A DNA stretch of 64,000 nt from Ylistrum balloti (taxonomy: Eukaryota), in NCBI RefSeq assembly GCF_031769215.1, contig NW_026782166.1, positions 186,001 to 250,000 of the forward strand, read 5' to 3'. Of this stretch, positions 51,901-64,000 are shown in pieces. How positions within the stretch are numbered: the first letter of the stretch is position 1; each line of letters begins with the position of its first letter. Position numbers and translations under genes: made by a program. The notes below the pieces were generated by a model. The model had not been told where the DNA came from. It was given only the letters and a program-made list of their open reading frames with translations, and did not search any database.

Positions 51901-53992
51901 TGTTTATGTTGTGACACTTTTGGTATTAAAAAAGATTCTTAAATTTGATTGATAGAAGTTATTTTCAGATATTTCCTGTTCTATGTGTGTCTGTATGATT
52001 GTAAATACAGGTAGCATATGGTACGACAGAGAACAGTCCAGTGACATTTCAGACAATGACAGATGATAACTTAGAAAGGCGAACATCCACAGTAGGCCGA
52101 CCTCTGGACCATGTGGAGGTATGTACAGATGTGTTGAGGAGAGATTTGTGTGAATTTTCAGCTAAATTATAGTGCAGGTGTTCTTGTGTTTGAGATGTGT
52201 GGGACATGCAATTAAGTCTGAACTTAGATGTTGTCAATTAACAGTGTAAATTGTACAGAATTGTTTCCTGATATTTTCATGATGAATTAATTATAATGTT
52301 AAAAAATGGGAAATGAGTTATGGTACAATATAGGGCACTGCTGATTTGTGTTATAATTGGACAATTCTTTATGTAGACATGTCTACCATTTTAAGGCCAA
52401 GATAGTGGACAAGGAGGGGAACATGGTCCCTGTGGGAACTACTGGAGAACTGTGTATCCGTGGTATCAATACTATGCTGGGCTATTGGGATGATCCGGAG
52501 AAAACTGGCGAGGTCATCAGCACAAGTCGCTGGTATTCAACAGGGTATGGACATGTATATATTTTTGTTATCAGGTCACTATTATTGTAGGGTCATGACA
52601 TACCATGAAATTTGTTAGTGGTCTAAGTATGAATTTTTGATTTTGTATTTGATGAAGTATTTTGGGTAGGTGTTTTACAGTGTGACTTGTAAGCGTGTGG
52701 TTTCAGTAGGTTAATTGGTATCATAGTCAAAATAATCCATAGTTACTGGTTCAATCAAAACGTATCAAATGTTTCAAGTAAAACTTCTGTTGTAAATATG
52801 GTACACTGTAAAAATGATCATTTTGTGCCTTTAGAGATACTGCAGTATTTGATGAAGAGGGATTCTGTAAAATTGTTGGACGGATAAAAGACCTTATCAT
52901 CAGAGGTGGAGAAAATGTTTATCCCATGGAAATAGAAGAAGTGTTGTACAAACATCCAAAGGTCAAGGATGTACAGGCAAGTGTAACTCAAGGTCAAACA
53001 ATTACAGCCCAAAGGTCAAGGATGTACAGGCGAGTTTAACTCAGTGTAACTCAAGGTCAAACAATTACAGCCCAAAGGTCAAGGATGTACAGGCAAGTGT
53101 AACTCAAGGTCAAACAATTACATCCCAAAGGTCAAGAATGTACAGGCAAGTGTAACTCAAAGTCAAACAATTACAGACCAAAGGTCAAGGATGTATAGGC
53201 AAGTGTAACTCAAGGTTACAAAAAGAAGGTGATGGATATACAGCTGAATAATTACATTCCAAAGTTCAGGACAATCTCACAATTAGATGAGTAAAGTACA
53301 ACATATGAAGTTGTAATCAATACAAAGTGTTTTTTCAGTCTGGGGTTCTGGTATATATTTACATGTGACAGCTAAGGTTATTACAAAGAACTACAAACTA
53401 TGTAGAATTGTCTCAAGATCAGTGATACAATGGTATTGTATCAGAGTTGTTATCAAGGTTTGGCATATGAAAACAGTGGAAAAGTCTGTATTTCCAGGTA
53501 GTAGGAGTGCCAGACAAGCGCCTAGGAGAGGAAATTTGTGCCTGGATTCAGGTCAAGGATGGTCAGAAGCTCACAGAAAAGGAGGTTAAGGACTTTTGTA
53601 AAGACAAGGTCAGTGATAGATATAGATAAAGTGCATTGTATTACCTCTTTCTCACATTCTTCTTAAAATTTTGTTGTAATTAAAACAGCCATAAGAATTT
53701 GTTTTAGATATCCAAGGATTTACAGTTGATCATATATCCTTTACAAGATTTAAATAGAAATTTAATTTCAAAATGTGATGAAAATGTTGATAAGATATAC
53801 TGCTTATTACTTGAAGAAATATATATTTTTTTAATTGTGTTTCATATTTTGATGTAGCTTGCAAGATACAAAGTGCCAAGGTACATCAACTTTGTAGATG
53901 ACTACCCACTAACAGTGACTGGCAAAGTACAGAAGTACAAGATTCGGGAGGCTGCAACCAAGATGTTAGGCTTAGAAAATGTCTTCTCTTAA
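42904..53992 (+). CDS. ACSF2: Medium-chain acyl-CoA ligase ACSF2-like (AMP-binding/ANL superfamily); N-terminal exon(s) not resolved
   Basis: Exons: 42904-43096, 43314-43442, 43996-44049, 45320-45438, 45635-45682, 46025-46142, 50372-50467, 50692-50840, 51154-51322, 52011-52118, 52396-52544, 52835-52976 (GC donor), 53498-53608, 53858-53992 (TAA). Phases are consistent. Motifs: [58 protein letters not shown]. Confidence 0.95.
44080..45065. repeat. 51 bp minisatellite, about 19 copies, in an ACSF2 intron
   Basis: Unit gaaagttattctgttgatgtatgtgacatgatatcagtgtgacttactcat. Confidence 0.95.
46262..50050. repeat. 43 bp minisatellite, roughly 80 units, with two identical 158-bp non-repeat inserts
   Basis: Unit ctcctggtgattggtctgattcactgtcaaggtcactgttaca. 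Inserts start at 49057 and 49811. Confidence 0.97.
51385..51745. mobile_element. Non-autonomous interspersed repeat remnant in an ACSF2 intron
   Basis: 5' caggtga...gtccgtggtctgtctgtccatccgcctgtaaac microsatellite-like head and aaaatg...ggccatcttgaattt body, typical of mollusc HINE/pearl-like elements (recalled). Confidence 0.5.
52956..53215. repeat. 53 bp tandem repeat (original plus 4 copies) derived from the ACSF2 GC-donor junction
   Basis: ccaaaggtcaag(g/a)atgta(c/t)aggc recurs at 52956, 53009, 53072, 53125 and 53178. Confidence 0.9.
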
Positions 53993-54740
53993 TCACTGGC
54001 AATTACAAAGTGCTGAAGTACAAGATCTTTGAGACTGCATCCAAGGTGTTAGGCTTAGAAAATGTCTTCTCTTAATTACTGGCAATTACAAAGTGCTGAA
54101 GTACATGATTCGGGAGGCTGCATCCAAGGTGTTAGGCTTAGAAAATGTCTTCTCTTAATTACTGGCAATTACAAAGTGCTGAAGTACATGATTCGGGAGG
54201 CTGCATCCAAGGTGTTAGGCTTAGAAAATGTCTTCTCTTAATTACTGGCAATTACAAAGTGCTGAAGTACATGATTCGGGAGGCTGCATCCAAGGTGTTA
54301 GGCTTAGAAAATGTCTTCTCTTAATTACTGGCAATTACAAAGTGCTGAAGTACATGATTCGGGAGGCTGCATCCAAGGTGTTAGGCTTAGAAAATGTCTT
54401 CTCTTAATTACTGGCAATTACAAAGTGCTGAAGTACATGATTCGGGAGGCTGCATCCAAGGTGTTAGGCTTAGAAAATGTCTTCTCTTAATTACTGGCAA
54501 TTACAAAGTGCTGAAGTACATGATTCGGGAGGCTGCATCCAAGGTGTTAGGCTTAGAAAATGTCTTCTCTTAATTACTGGCAATTACAAAGTGCTGAAGT
54601 ACATGATTCGGGAGGCTGCATCCAAGGTGTTAGGCTTAGAAAATGTCTTCTCTTAATTACTGGCAATTACAAAGAACTGAAGTACAAGATCTTGGGGGAT
54701 GACACGAGTGAGGTAGGCCTAGAAAATATCTTCTCGTAAC
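53917..54740 (+). repeat. 83 bp tandem repeat copying the ACSF2 C-terminal codons and stop into the 3' UTR
   Basis: actggc starts at 53917 (CDS), 53995, 54078, 54161, 54244, 54327, 54410, 54493, 54576 and 54659 (degenerate). Confidence 0.95.
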
Positions 54741-55019
54741 AACTAATAATTCAAAGTATACACAAGATCCAGGAGGCTGCAGCGTGTACCAAGGCATTTG
54801 AGCTAGGTATATTTCATGAGAAAAGATACTGGAACTTCAGCTTGAAATGCAGGGCTGGAACATAATGACAATGTAGGACTGGTGTTTGTTATACCTTTCA
54901 GAAACTCAGGCAAATCTGTAGGATCACAATCATAGATTAAGCATTCATCTACAGAGGTTTAGTATGTTGTTTTGGTTCAGACAATACCTCTGTCCTCTGT
55001 CATGAAGGCACATATTTAT

Positions 55020-56070
55020 TGGACACCTTTCATACTCAGAGGACACTTTTCATATTCAGAAGACACTTTTCATACTCAGTAGAAAATTTTCTCATTCAGT
55101 GAACACTTTTCATACTCAGAGGACACTTTTCATACTTAGTGGACACTTTGTGTCACCTGCAGTGCTGGCGGACACTTAGGGATCACTTTGTCCGTCATCA
55201 CTCGTCGTCGTCGTTGGCTTCGTCGTCTGTATGAAAGTTTTCCGGACTTTTTTCAGTAATGCTTTGAGTTATCAAAATGAAATTTAATATCTGGCTTTTT
55301 GTTGCAAGGGTACAGATTAAGTTCAATTCCCGGCTGTATGTGACCCTTTTTGCCAGAGTTATGCCCCTTTCAACTTAGAAAATTTCCTGGGAATATTATT
55401 TTCCGGACTTTTTTGGCTTATGCTTTGAGTTATCGAAATGAAATTTGGTAGATGGCTTCTTGTTGCATGGGTACAGATTTAGTTTGATTCCTGGCTGCCT
55501 TCTTGGCTGAGTTATGCTCCTTTGAACTAAGAAAATTCTCTGGGAATATTGTTTTCCAGATATTTCCCAATTATGCTTTGAGTTAACATAATGAAATGTT
55601 GTATATGGCTTCTTGGTGGAAGATTACAGATCAAGTTCAATTCTCAGCTCTCCGTGACTCTTCCTGACCCATTGAACTCAAATTCTCTGGGAATATTGTT
55701 TTCTGGAATTTTCTTGGTTATGCTTCGAGTTATGAAAATGCAATTTTGTATATGAGTTCCGCACCGAGTTCGCTTCTTGGCAGTCTGTAACCCTTCTTGG
55801 CAGTGATATGTCCGTTGAAGTTCGAAAATTTTTCTGGAATATTTCTTTGCGCAGTTTGCCCTTTATGCTTCAAGGTATAGAAATGAAATTTGGTATTACA
55901 ACTTTATGGTTGATCGTTGCACATCCAGTTCAATTTCTGGGTGACCGTGACACTTTATGCAGGCAACACATACAGTTCCGAAGAATTCTTGTCATACTCA
56001 GTAGACACTTTTCATACTCAGAGGACACTTTTTATACTTAGTGGACACTTTTCATATTCAGTGAACACTT
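55020..56070. repeat. 20 bp minisatellite (ggacacttttcatactcaga) split by a transposon insertion
   Basis: Units at about 55020-55149 and 55992-56070. Confidence 0.85.
55150..55991 (+). mobile_element. Helentron-associated (HINE/DINE-like) non-autonomous element
   Basis: Subterminal inverted repeats gtgtcacctgc (55150) / gcaggcaacac (55959), (cgt)n microsatellite at about 55200-55229, internal 147-161 bp tandem units, 3' palindrome aagaattctt (55981-55990). Inserted in a T-run (ggacacttt|tcatactcag) with no TSD. Confidence 0.7.
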
Positions 56071-56929
56071 TCCATATTAAATGTAGAATGAAATCTTTGT
56101 TGGTTTGGTACTGTGGGTTAAAGCTACACGTTATCACAAGCCTAGGAATTCTAGAATTTTGATATACAGAGGATTCAATTTGTTGTATCATTATGATAAT
56201 GACAGCTACTACAGACTTAAGGCGCTGGAGCATCTGTTGACGATTCTTATGGTAAATTCACTCATTTTATTGTTTTTTAAGAGTACCATTCTTTTGTTTG
56301 TGTTTTGAAATAAAATTGATTTACTTGAATTGCATGCAATTTCTTTTTGTTTGTATAATAAGTTTCTGTATGTTTTAGGCGTATGGTTCATAGAAAAGCT
56401 CATATGATCAAATACCAAGTACCTTGTTACTAACTGTTAACGTAAAAAAATGTGTTACTTTTCCGTATGCATGTTTTCTAGTTAGATATTGTTGGGGGAT
56501 ATGTTATACAGAGGGATTGGAATCAATAATAACACACACATATTACTGAGTGATTATAATTCCTCATGATGTTAAATCACACATCTGTAAGGCTTAGCCA
56601 TCGAATCTTTCCAGTCACTTAATTGGTATAGAGGTACATTCTATGGTGTTATGTATCAGAATATGAATTATTGGTCTGTCATATCCCACACACATATCTA
56701 CATCCAAACATCTACCCATTAATTAACCTCCTTCAACCTACTGAAGCTTTGTCATTAATAGTCGTGTGTACACTCTACAGGAGGGAAAAAAGACATTGAT
56801 ATTTATCAAATTTAAAACCTCTAAGTGATTAAGATGTAACAAGGTCTGGTGAATGTTTGTTCCATTCTGGGATAGTTTAGAGAAAAGGCATTTTTTTTCA
56901 ACAGTTTACCTGTAAATTGTTTGATAGAT

Positions 56930-57740
56930 GAAAGGATGAGAGAGTGGAGGTGAAACAATGAGAGAATCAGGGTGAAAGGATGAGACAGTCAGGGTGAAAG
57001 GATGAGACAGACAGGGTGAAAGAATGAGAGAGTCAGGGTGAAAGGATGAGAGAGTCAGGATAAAAGAATGAGAGAGTCAGGGTGAAAGAATGAGAGAGTC
57101 AGGATGAAAGGATGAGACAGTCAGGGTGAAAGAATGAGATAGTCAGGATAAAAGGATGAGACAGTCAGGGTGAAAGAATGAAAGAGTCAGGATGAAAGGA
57201 TGAGAGAGTCAGGGTGTAAGGATAAGACAGTCAGGGTGAAAGGATGAGAGGATCAGGGTGAAAGGATGGTAGAGTCAGGGTGAAAGGATGAGAGACTCGG
57301 GATGAAAGGATGAGGGAATTGAGGTGAAAAGATTAGAGAGTCAGGGTGAAAGGATGAGGGAGTTGAGGTGAAAAGAGGAGAGAATTGAGATGAAAGGATG
57401 AGAGAGTCAAGGTGAAAGGATGAGAGAGTCAGGATGAAAGGATGAGTGAGCTGAAGTGAAATGATGAGAAAATTGAGGTGAAAGGATGAGGAGGTAAAGG
57501 TGAAAGAACGAAAGAGTCGAGGTGAAAGGATGAGGGAGTTGAGGTGAAAAGATGAGAGAGTCGGGGTGAAAGAATTAGAGAGTCAGGATGAAAGAATGAG
57601 GGAGTTGAAGTGAAAAGATGAGAGAATTGAGGTGAAAAAATGAGAAAATTTAGGTTAAAGGATGAGGAGGTCAAGGTGAAAGGATGAGAGAGTCGAGATG
57701 AAAGGAAAAGAGAGTCGAGTTGAATGGATGAGAAAGTCAA
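56930..57740. repeat. 22 bp purine-rich degenerate minisatellite
   Basis: Unit gggtgaaaggatgagagagtca; strongly strand-asymmetric. Confidence 0.9.
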
Positions 57741-60415
57741 GGCTGACTCATCAGTGGTTTTTGAGAGATTTTTATATACAGCATTAAGGTTGTGAGAAAT
57801 TTTGTACATAAGAATAAGACAGGCATTCTTAAGTCTATTAGATAAGCCTGGCCAATGCAGATCTTCTTGCATGCCATAGTGATGTTTTCTCCAGAATAAT
57901 AGTTAACGTTATACAGGGCCTGATATGTCTTAATACACACATCGCTGTATCTCCAGAACATTAATTATGTGTATATACTAACCATACCATATATATAACC
58001 TGGAGTCTTGTTTGCTGGGTACAATCATTCAATTTAACAACAAGGTCAGTATAACAGTGGCAATTAATGTTATCCCTTTTTCCTGTTGACTAGAAAAAAA
58101 AGAAAATAAGAAATGTTAATTACCAAAGCTTTATATTTCATGGTGGTTGTTAATGTTATGTTTTGTTTTTGTTGATTTTCATGTCTCCTCTCAGACAGTA
58201 GGGATTAAGATATATTATTTCAGTTTTGTTTCTTCTTCTTCTTATTCTGGTTCTCCTGATAATTTCTTGTCCTAGCAATAACTTTTGAACTGTTAAAGAG
58301 ATGTTAATGAAAGTTTCTGTACACCTACCTTTGTTACCTATAGCTTATGTATAATGGACTGTAGATAGGTCACTGTGACCTTGTCTTTAAGGTCAAAGGT
58401 AAAAAAAAAAGGTGTGAATTTTCAAATAAATTCTTATACAGACAATAAATTTTAAATATATCTTAATGAAAGTTGCTGTACATATTTATCACCTAAAGCT
58501 GATATACAATACTGATTAATGTTGTTAATCAATTCTAATGAAAAACTGCACGATTATTTGTATGGAATATTTGATATACTTGTCTATACTATGGCTATCA
58601 AAACTTACCAACATTGTTAACAGTAACACAATGTCAAACAGTAAGAGAACAGTAATATTTTTACCTTGCTCACCCATCCTTCTACAAAGGCAGCAAATAT
58701 TTACTTGAAAGGCTGTAATTAAAACAAATGTTTTTGTTCACGAACTCAAATCTCTTGTTAAAAGCAATTAACCATACTTAAATATTGTAATTAATATGTT
58801 CACCAGGTGGTGGTGTTGTGAACTTCTGTATGAACAAACATGATATTACATACTATGATGCATTGTAACAGTTACCAGATAAATGTTGATGCCTCAAACA
58901 GAAGTGTATAATCTTGTATCAAACAGATTTATTTTGAAAGGAGAAAGAATTTCTATTAAATTTGTAATGTTTACTGGTTGCCTTGTGTTGTGTGCCTTTT
59001 GTACTTTATTCTTAGCTTGCTTGGATCTCCAAAAAGCCGGGGAAATTGGTATTGTGTTTGGCTGTTCACTTTCAATTCATTGTAAACATTTTCCTCTACA
59101 TGATCAATAACTAAGTAATCAAGAGTTATGTCAGCTGGTATTGTATTTGTACGAGGCCCTACAATGTTTTCAAAAAGAAACAAGCTTGACTTTTCGTTGA
59201 GCCATAGGATTCAAAAGTGCTAAGTACTCAAACAACAACTTATGTTGAACCAAGAGGCCTAGAATCAGTTTTTTTTTTAGATATGTGCCTTAAAGGAAAA
59301 AACAGCAAGTTAAAGTTAGCAAAAGAAATAATTTTGATCCATATTCAAGGTCACAGGGGTCACATTTGCTAAAACACTGAAATAATCTTTATTGATTAAC
59401 ATAAAACCAAGAATCTTGATATTCAACTAGTTAACTCCTTAGATAAAGCTGAAATTCCTTGCTAAAGGAAATAAATTAATGACGTTAAAGTAAAAGGTAT
59501 TGTGAAGGACGTCATGGATACCAATCGTCGACTCCAAACAGTAAAAAGTTGGATACGCATCCTACAGACCACAACTCCTGATGGTCTCAACATAATCTCA
59601 TGATGGTGTATACCAAAACAACGCCAAGAAAGTAGCCAAAGACGAAACTGAGAATCCCTGGCATCAAATGTGTGAGAACTTACTCAACTATTAGGAACTT
59701 ACGGAGACATGCAGACACAGCGCATGGTCTCATAAAAACCTGGTACAAATACAAGATATGCAAACGAACATATGGAAGGAAGGAAACATATACTCCTCAA
59801 CGAAGAAAAGAACACCAGGGATATGGCGTTTAACAGGAACTGTTTGAAAATGTGTCTAAAATTAATGCATTAAAACCTGGTCGTTTGAAGTGCTGACTAA
59901 AAAAGCAATTGGACCTTGTAAAATTCAGAGTAAAACCGGGAAGCATGGTTGGCCCTTAAAGTTGACAGTTCAGACCAGTCCTGGACGAGGCCATTGAACT
60001 ACTTAAAAAGGACTTAGCACTGTCGGACACGGATAGTGACGACACCGCATCCTCATCTGAAGTAAACACACAGGACTACAAGATGTTGGGATACCAGTCG
60101 ATGTCTACAACCGCATCCGAAATAGGAGGAAGCTCCAACAATATAAGTAAAACTCTGCTTCTATCATTTGTTTAGATGAAAGAATCTTTTAATTTCATGA
60201 ATTCTGTAACAGTAATTGCAATCATTGATGATTTATTGGGTAACAGGCACAATATCTGATATATAATTATGTAGAAAACATACAATGAACTGTGTTAACC
60301 ATTATGGAAACTATAGAATGTAATGGACGGTCACGTATGTGACCCTTATCGTGTATGTCATAATATAACGTGCCCACATTTTAAGTACTTTAGGGAAAAA
60401 AATTTCATACATTTG

Positions 60416-60460
60416 TTGTCCTGATGAAGCGCACATAGTTTGGACGAAACCAGTGGACAA
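60416..60460 (+). ncRNA. Fossil hammerhead ribozyme motif
   Basis: TTGTC-CTGATGA-AGCGCACATAGTTTGGAC-GAAA-CCAGTG-GACAA. Perfect 5-bp stem I and intact core boxes, but stem II is poorly paired and the cleavage triplet is GUG. Confidence 0.4.
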
Positions 60461-60689
60461 GATTAAAAAACCCACTACCAACTTCTCCTGATTCAGTTTC
60501 ACTATTGTATAATGGCTCTCTGCACATATGTATTTAATCAATGTTTATACAAAAACACTCAAGCATGACTGAAGTTAACAATTTATTGATGACTGTAAAC
60601 ATGTTGTTATTTGTACATGGAAAACATAATTTTTTGGTGCAAACAGGGGCAACTCACTCATAAGCACCTAATAAAATAAGTTAACAAGA

Positions 60690-61110
60690 TTGACTCTGCG
60701 ACATCAGAGAAACACAGTGAAGAAGGCAAACAGCTAGACTCCATATAAGAGAAGTACTTGACTCTGAAGAGACTCGGCTCAAAGAGAAGTGACTTGACTC
60801 TGTGACTTTCTATGTATACGGAGTAGCTGCCTTCAGAAACTAAGTTAACGAGCTTAACTCTGTGATATCAGAGAAGCACAGTGAAGAAGGCAATCGGCTA
60901 GACTCCATATAAGAGAAGTACTTGACTCTGAAGAGACTTGGCTCAAAGAGAAGTGACTTGACTCTGTGACTTACTATGTATACAGAGTAGCTGCCTTCAA
61001 ACACAGGACAAACTTGACTGCTAAGGTAACCAATGAGAAGACCCTTGACTCTGTAATGGTTCAGAGAAGTGACTTGACTCACATAACATCCTTGGAGAAG
61101 CTTGACTAAA
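60690..61110. repeat. About 163 bp tandem duplication with internal ttgactctg subrepeats
   Basis: gactccatataagagaagtacttgactctgaagagact recurs at 60738 and 60901. Confidence 0.85.
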
Positions 61111-61284
61111 CTTCTAAAGATAACTAAGTATATGAAGTGATTGGGGGAAAAATTCCCCAAGAATTTATAAGCCAAAAATGAGCGAGTAATTTAGTGATAT
61201 GAGAGAGTGCCATGTAAGAGCTCCTGTTTCTGTGCACATCCAAACAAAACCAAAGTTAATATAAGAAATCATTGACCACTTCAT

Positions 61285-61319
61285 TCTCTCTCTCTCCTTC
61301 TCTCTCTCTCTCCCTCTCT
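61285..61319. repeat. (CT)n microsatellite
   Basis: ttctctctctctccttctctctctctctccctctctt. Confidence 0.85.
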
Positions 61320-64000
61320 TACGCGCAAAATGTGGTTTAGGCGGAATTGGCAAGTTTTACTTCGCTGTGGGGAGACCATTTTATAGTTGGCAGCAGTCGC
61401 ATTTAACTATCAGAGATCATTCATCAGATGTTTAACATTGTCAACACTCATTTTATAACATGAAAAGTAATTGAAGTAGCCATTCATAAAGCATCAAACA
61501 TTATGAGGAGTCCGAGAATTCTCTCACTGTTATATGGGGTGTATATCGGAACCCCTCTCCCAGAAATGAGAGAAAACTTTATTGCGAAGAGGACTTACAG
61601 AATCACTTTCCCGTGTCAGATCTTAATTAATTTCAAAAGTGCTATGGCTCACAATAATACATACATGGACTTTGTGAATTTGTGAGTTTTACACACTGAC
61701 ATGGTCTATAGTACACTATGTTCTAATGTTCATATAACTAAATACACATTAGCAAACTTTATTGATACCATAAGTGATTAGTAAAGTTGAGACCTAATAC
61801 CATACACTCATTAACTACTTGTACTATTTGCAACATCCTGACAGTTTCTTCTCAATATTTTCTACACCTTACAAAGATTACACTTCCTCTTATACAAGAC
61901 TTCCCGTAAAATGTCCCATTGGCTATGTAATAGATTTATTTCAATAATCTCCACTTCTCATTAGCATTATCGACCAAACATAAAATTTGACTTTCAATAT
62001 TAATACTTCAAGCCTGTTATGATATGATTCTTATAATGCCTCGCATCCGCTGTAACCTCTCATAGAATTTCTCACCCACGTTACACGTAATATGTTGCTC
62101 CTAAAGTTTTACTTTATTCAGAACAGACTACCAGAAAAGTTTACTTTATTCAAAACAGACTATCAATAAAGTTTGAATTTATTATTAAAAAACCAAATAC
62201 ATGAACTAATTCACTCCTGATAATCAACATTAAATCATACTGTTTGATATTTTTGTTAACTAGCATTGGCAAAATAACTAAATTTTCAGAAAACCCTTAG
62301 TTTTAGCATGTATTTATTAAGTAAGAGAACATTTTCGACAAGACAAGTGTATCTACTACCATAACAAATGTTTCTTAAAGAATTTTGATTGTTGATTTTA
62401 GGATTTGACATCGTAGATATTAAAAAGTTTTCCCTCAATTTTCAAATTGATACTGCTTTAGCAGCAAGCACTAGCTTTTTTCATCCACCATTTTTATTGT
62501 ATAAGAATGATCTCCTTTGTAAATGTGCAGTTGTAACTCACTTGATATGCATAATTGACCCTTAATCCAGGTTCTACCTTATTCATACTAATATCATTCT
62601 CTCTGACAACAATTTTTCAGAGTTTATCCATCTTAAGCTTAAAACACATCACTCATGGAAATTAGCAGTAAAGTATTCTCAATATTTATATACAGTGTAT
62701 TTAAAAAAATTTGTGTAAGCTCTTGTATTTTGAACCATGAGGAATAGTGTCACTACGGCGGTATGTTGTGCGATGATTCTATTACATATATTATTTGTCA
62801 CTGCTATGGAAATATTGATATTTGAGATGAATTAAGGTGTCACTTATTTAATAAGTTGGGCATAAATTTCATGATGTGGTTGAATAATTTGTTAGACTTT
62901 GACTTAGCAAATACTTTCTTGGCGAGTACTTTTAGCTGTGAAATGTTGAAACTTGTAAATTTAAGATTTCTGTATCAAATATTTTTCTCAATTACACTAT
63001 TATGATTTGCTTTGTACATTTATACAACTCTTCTTTAATGTTGATTGTGTTTTAATTGTATTTATTCTTTTCATGTAATCTTGGAGGACATAAAAGGAAT
63101 AATAATAACTTAATAATAATAATATAGAAATGAAATCATTCTTTTGATTTGATGTCAACAGGGGAATATCTAAGAATTTTACATGTTTGGAAAAAAAGTC
63201 AAGAAAACATGAAGCTATCTAAAAAATTAGAATTTGTGTATAATGTTGCATTTTTTATTGCTGCTAAAAATACATAGCTTCAAGCTGATATCCTTTTGTA
63301 GTTTCTGACAACAACAATATTGACAGAGGGGAGATAACTCATAACTAGCCATTACAGTTTGCTTTTCACAACTTTGAAGTGACATTGTGTATTAAAAATT
63401 AATTAATGAAACAAAGACATAAACAAATTTTTAAAGTTTTGTGCAAATTTTAAACGCATAATATTTCAAATTTTGACAACAATTTAAGTGCATCAATAGA
63501 AAATATAGGAAAATGTTTATACAATAACTGTTAGCTTAAGAAGCACAATGGGTAGTAGTTTCATGTATGAGTTTGCTGAAGGTCAGAGGGGAAAATGCAC
63601 AGATTTAATTTGATTTCTTCTAGATTTGTATATCCTATTTAAAAAAAATCCTTTTTGAATTTTCAATTTGACTGGAAAATCTCTAAAGTAAAAGATATTT
63701 GTAAGATAAATGTATCTAAATCAGTTATGTAATATTTTGATGGTGACTTGTCAAACTTGTCTGTTATAAAATAAGACACCAGGGTCATTAATCACCTACC
63801 TCAGTTAATAGTTCAATTACAGCGTCATGTTGATTTTATTACAAAGAGGACAATTTTGAAAATGATTTCCATTCTCCCATTGTCATATTGTGGGTTGGAG
63901 ACCCTGAACACCGTGATTGGCAATAATGTCATGATATTCAATGATGAGACCAATTTTCTTGTTTGTAAATGTAGCTGGAATTTATAGACAATACAGAGAT

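Noticed and set aside
57728-57760. Minus-strand CTGATGA followed by a GTCA/TGAC hairpin
   Set aside because: The GAAA box is absent, so it is not a hammerhead.
57429-57872. 147-aa Ser/Leu/Phe-rich ORF
   Set aside because: Antisense reading of the purine-rich minisatellite.

Overview
AT-rich animal genomic window with spliceosomal introns. The repeat style suggests a mollusc, probably a bivalve (inference). Five protein-coding loci were reconstructed by hand from splice sites and translation. (1) A complete 34-exon WDR19/IFT144 gene on the minus strand (567-27737, about 1346 aa). (2) An unannotated-looking two-exon 129-aa gene nested antisense inside a WDR19 intron (18691-19823), with its own CCAAT/TATA/Inr promoter, Kozak ATG and polyA signal. 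(3) A single-coding-exon gene encoding a CARD plus an alpha-solenoid domain (33796-35040), with a decayed tandem copy 3 kb downstream. (4) A 3-exon ATF3/JDP2-like bZIP gene (minus, 38107-39677). (5) ACSF2-type acyl-CoA synthetase (plus, 42904-53992; 5' end unresolved; one GC-AG intron). The most striking pattern is that at least seven of the roughly 19 minisatellites are amplified copies of the adjacent exon end, splice junction or stop-codon region, so they carry decoy donors, acceptors and stops. Also present: two degenerate Penelope-type minimal hammerhead motifs, a Helentron/HINE-like insertion, a probable solo LTR, and a 3.8-kb array of TCAAGGTCA nuclear-receptor half-sites. Most long ORFs in the supplied track are repeat artefacts.
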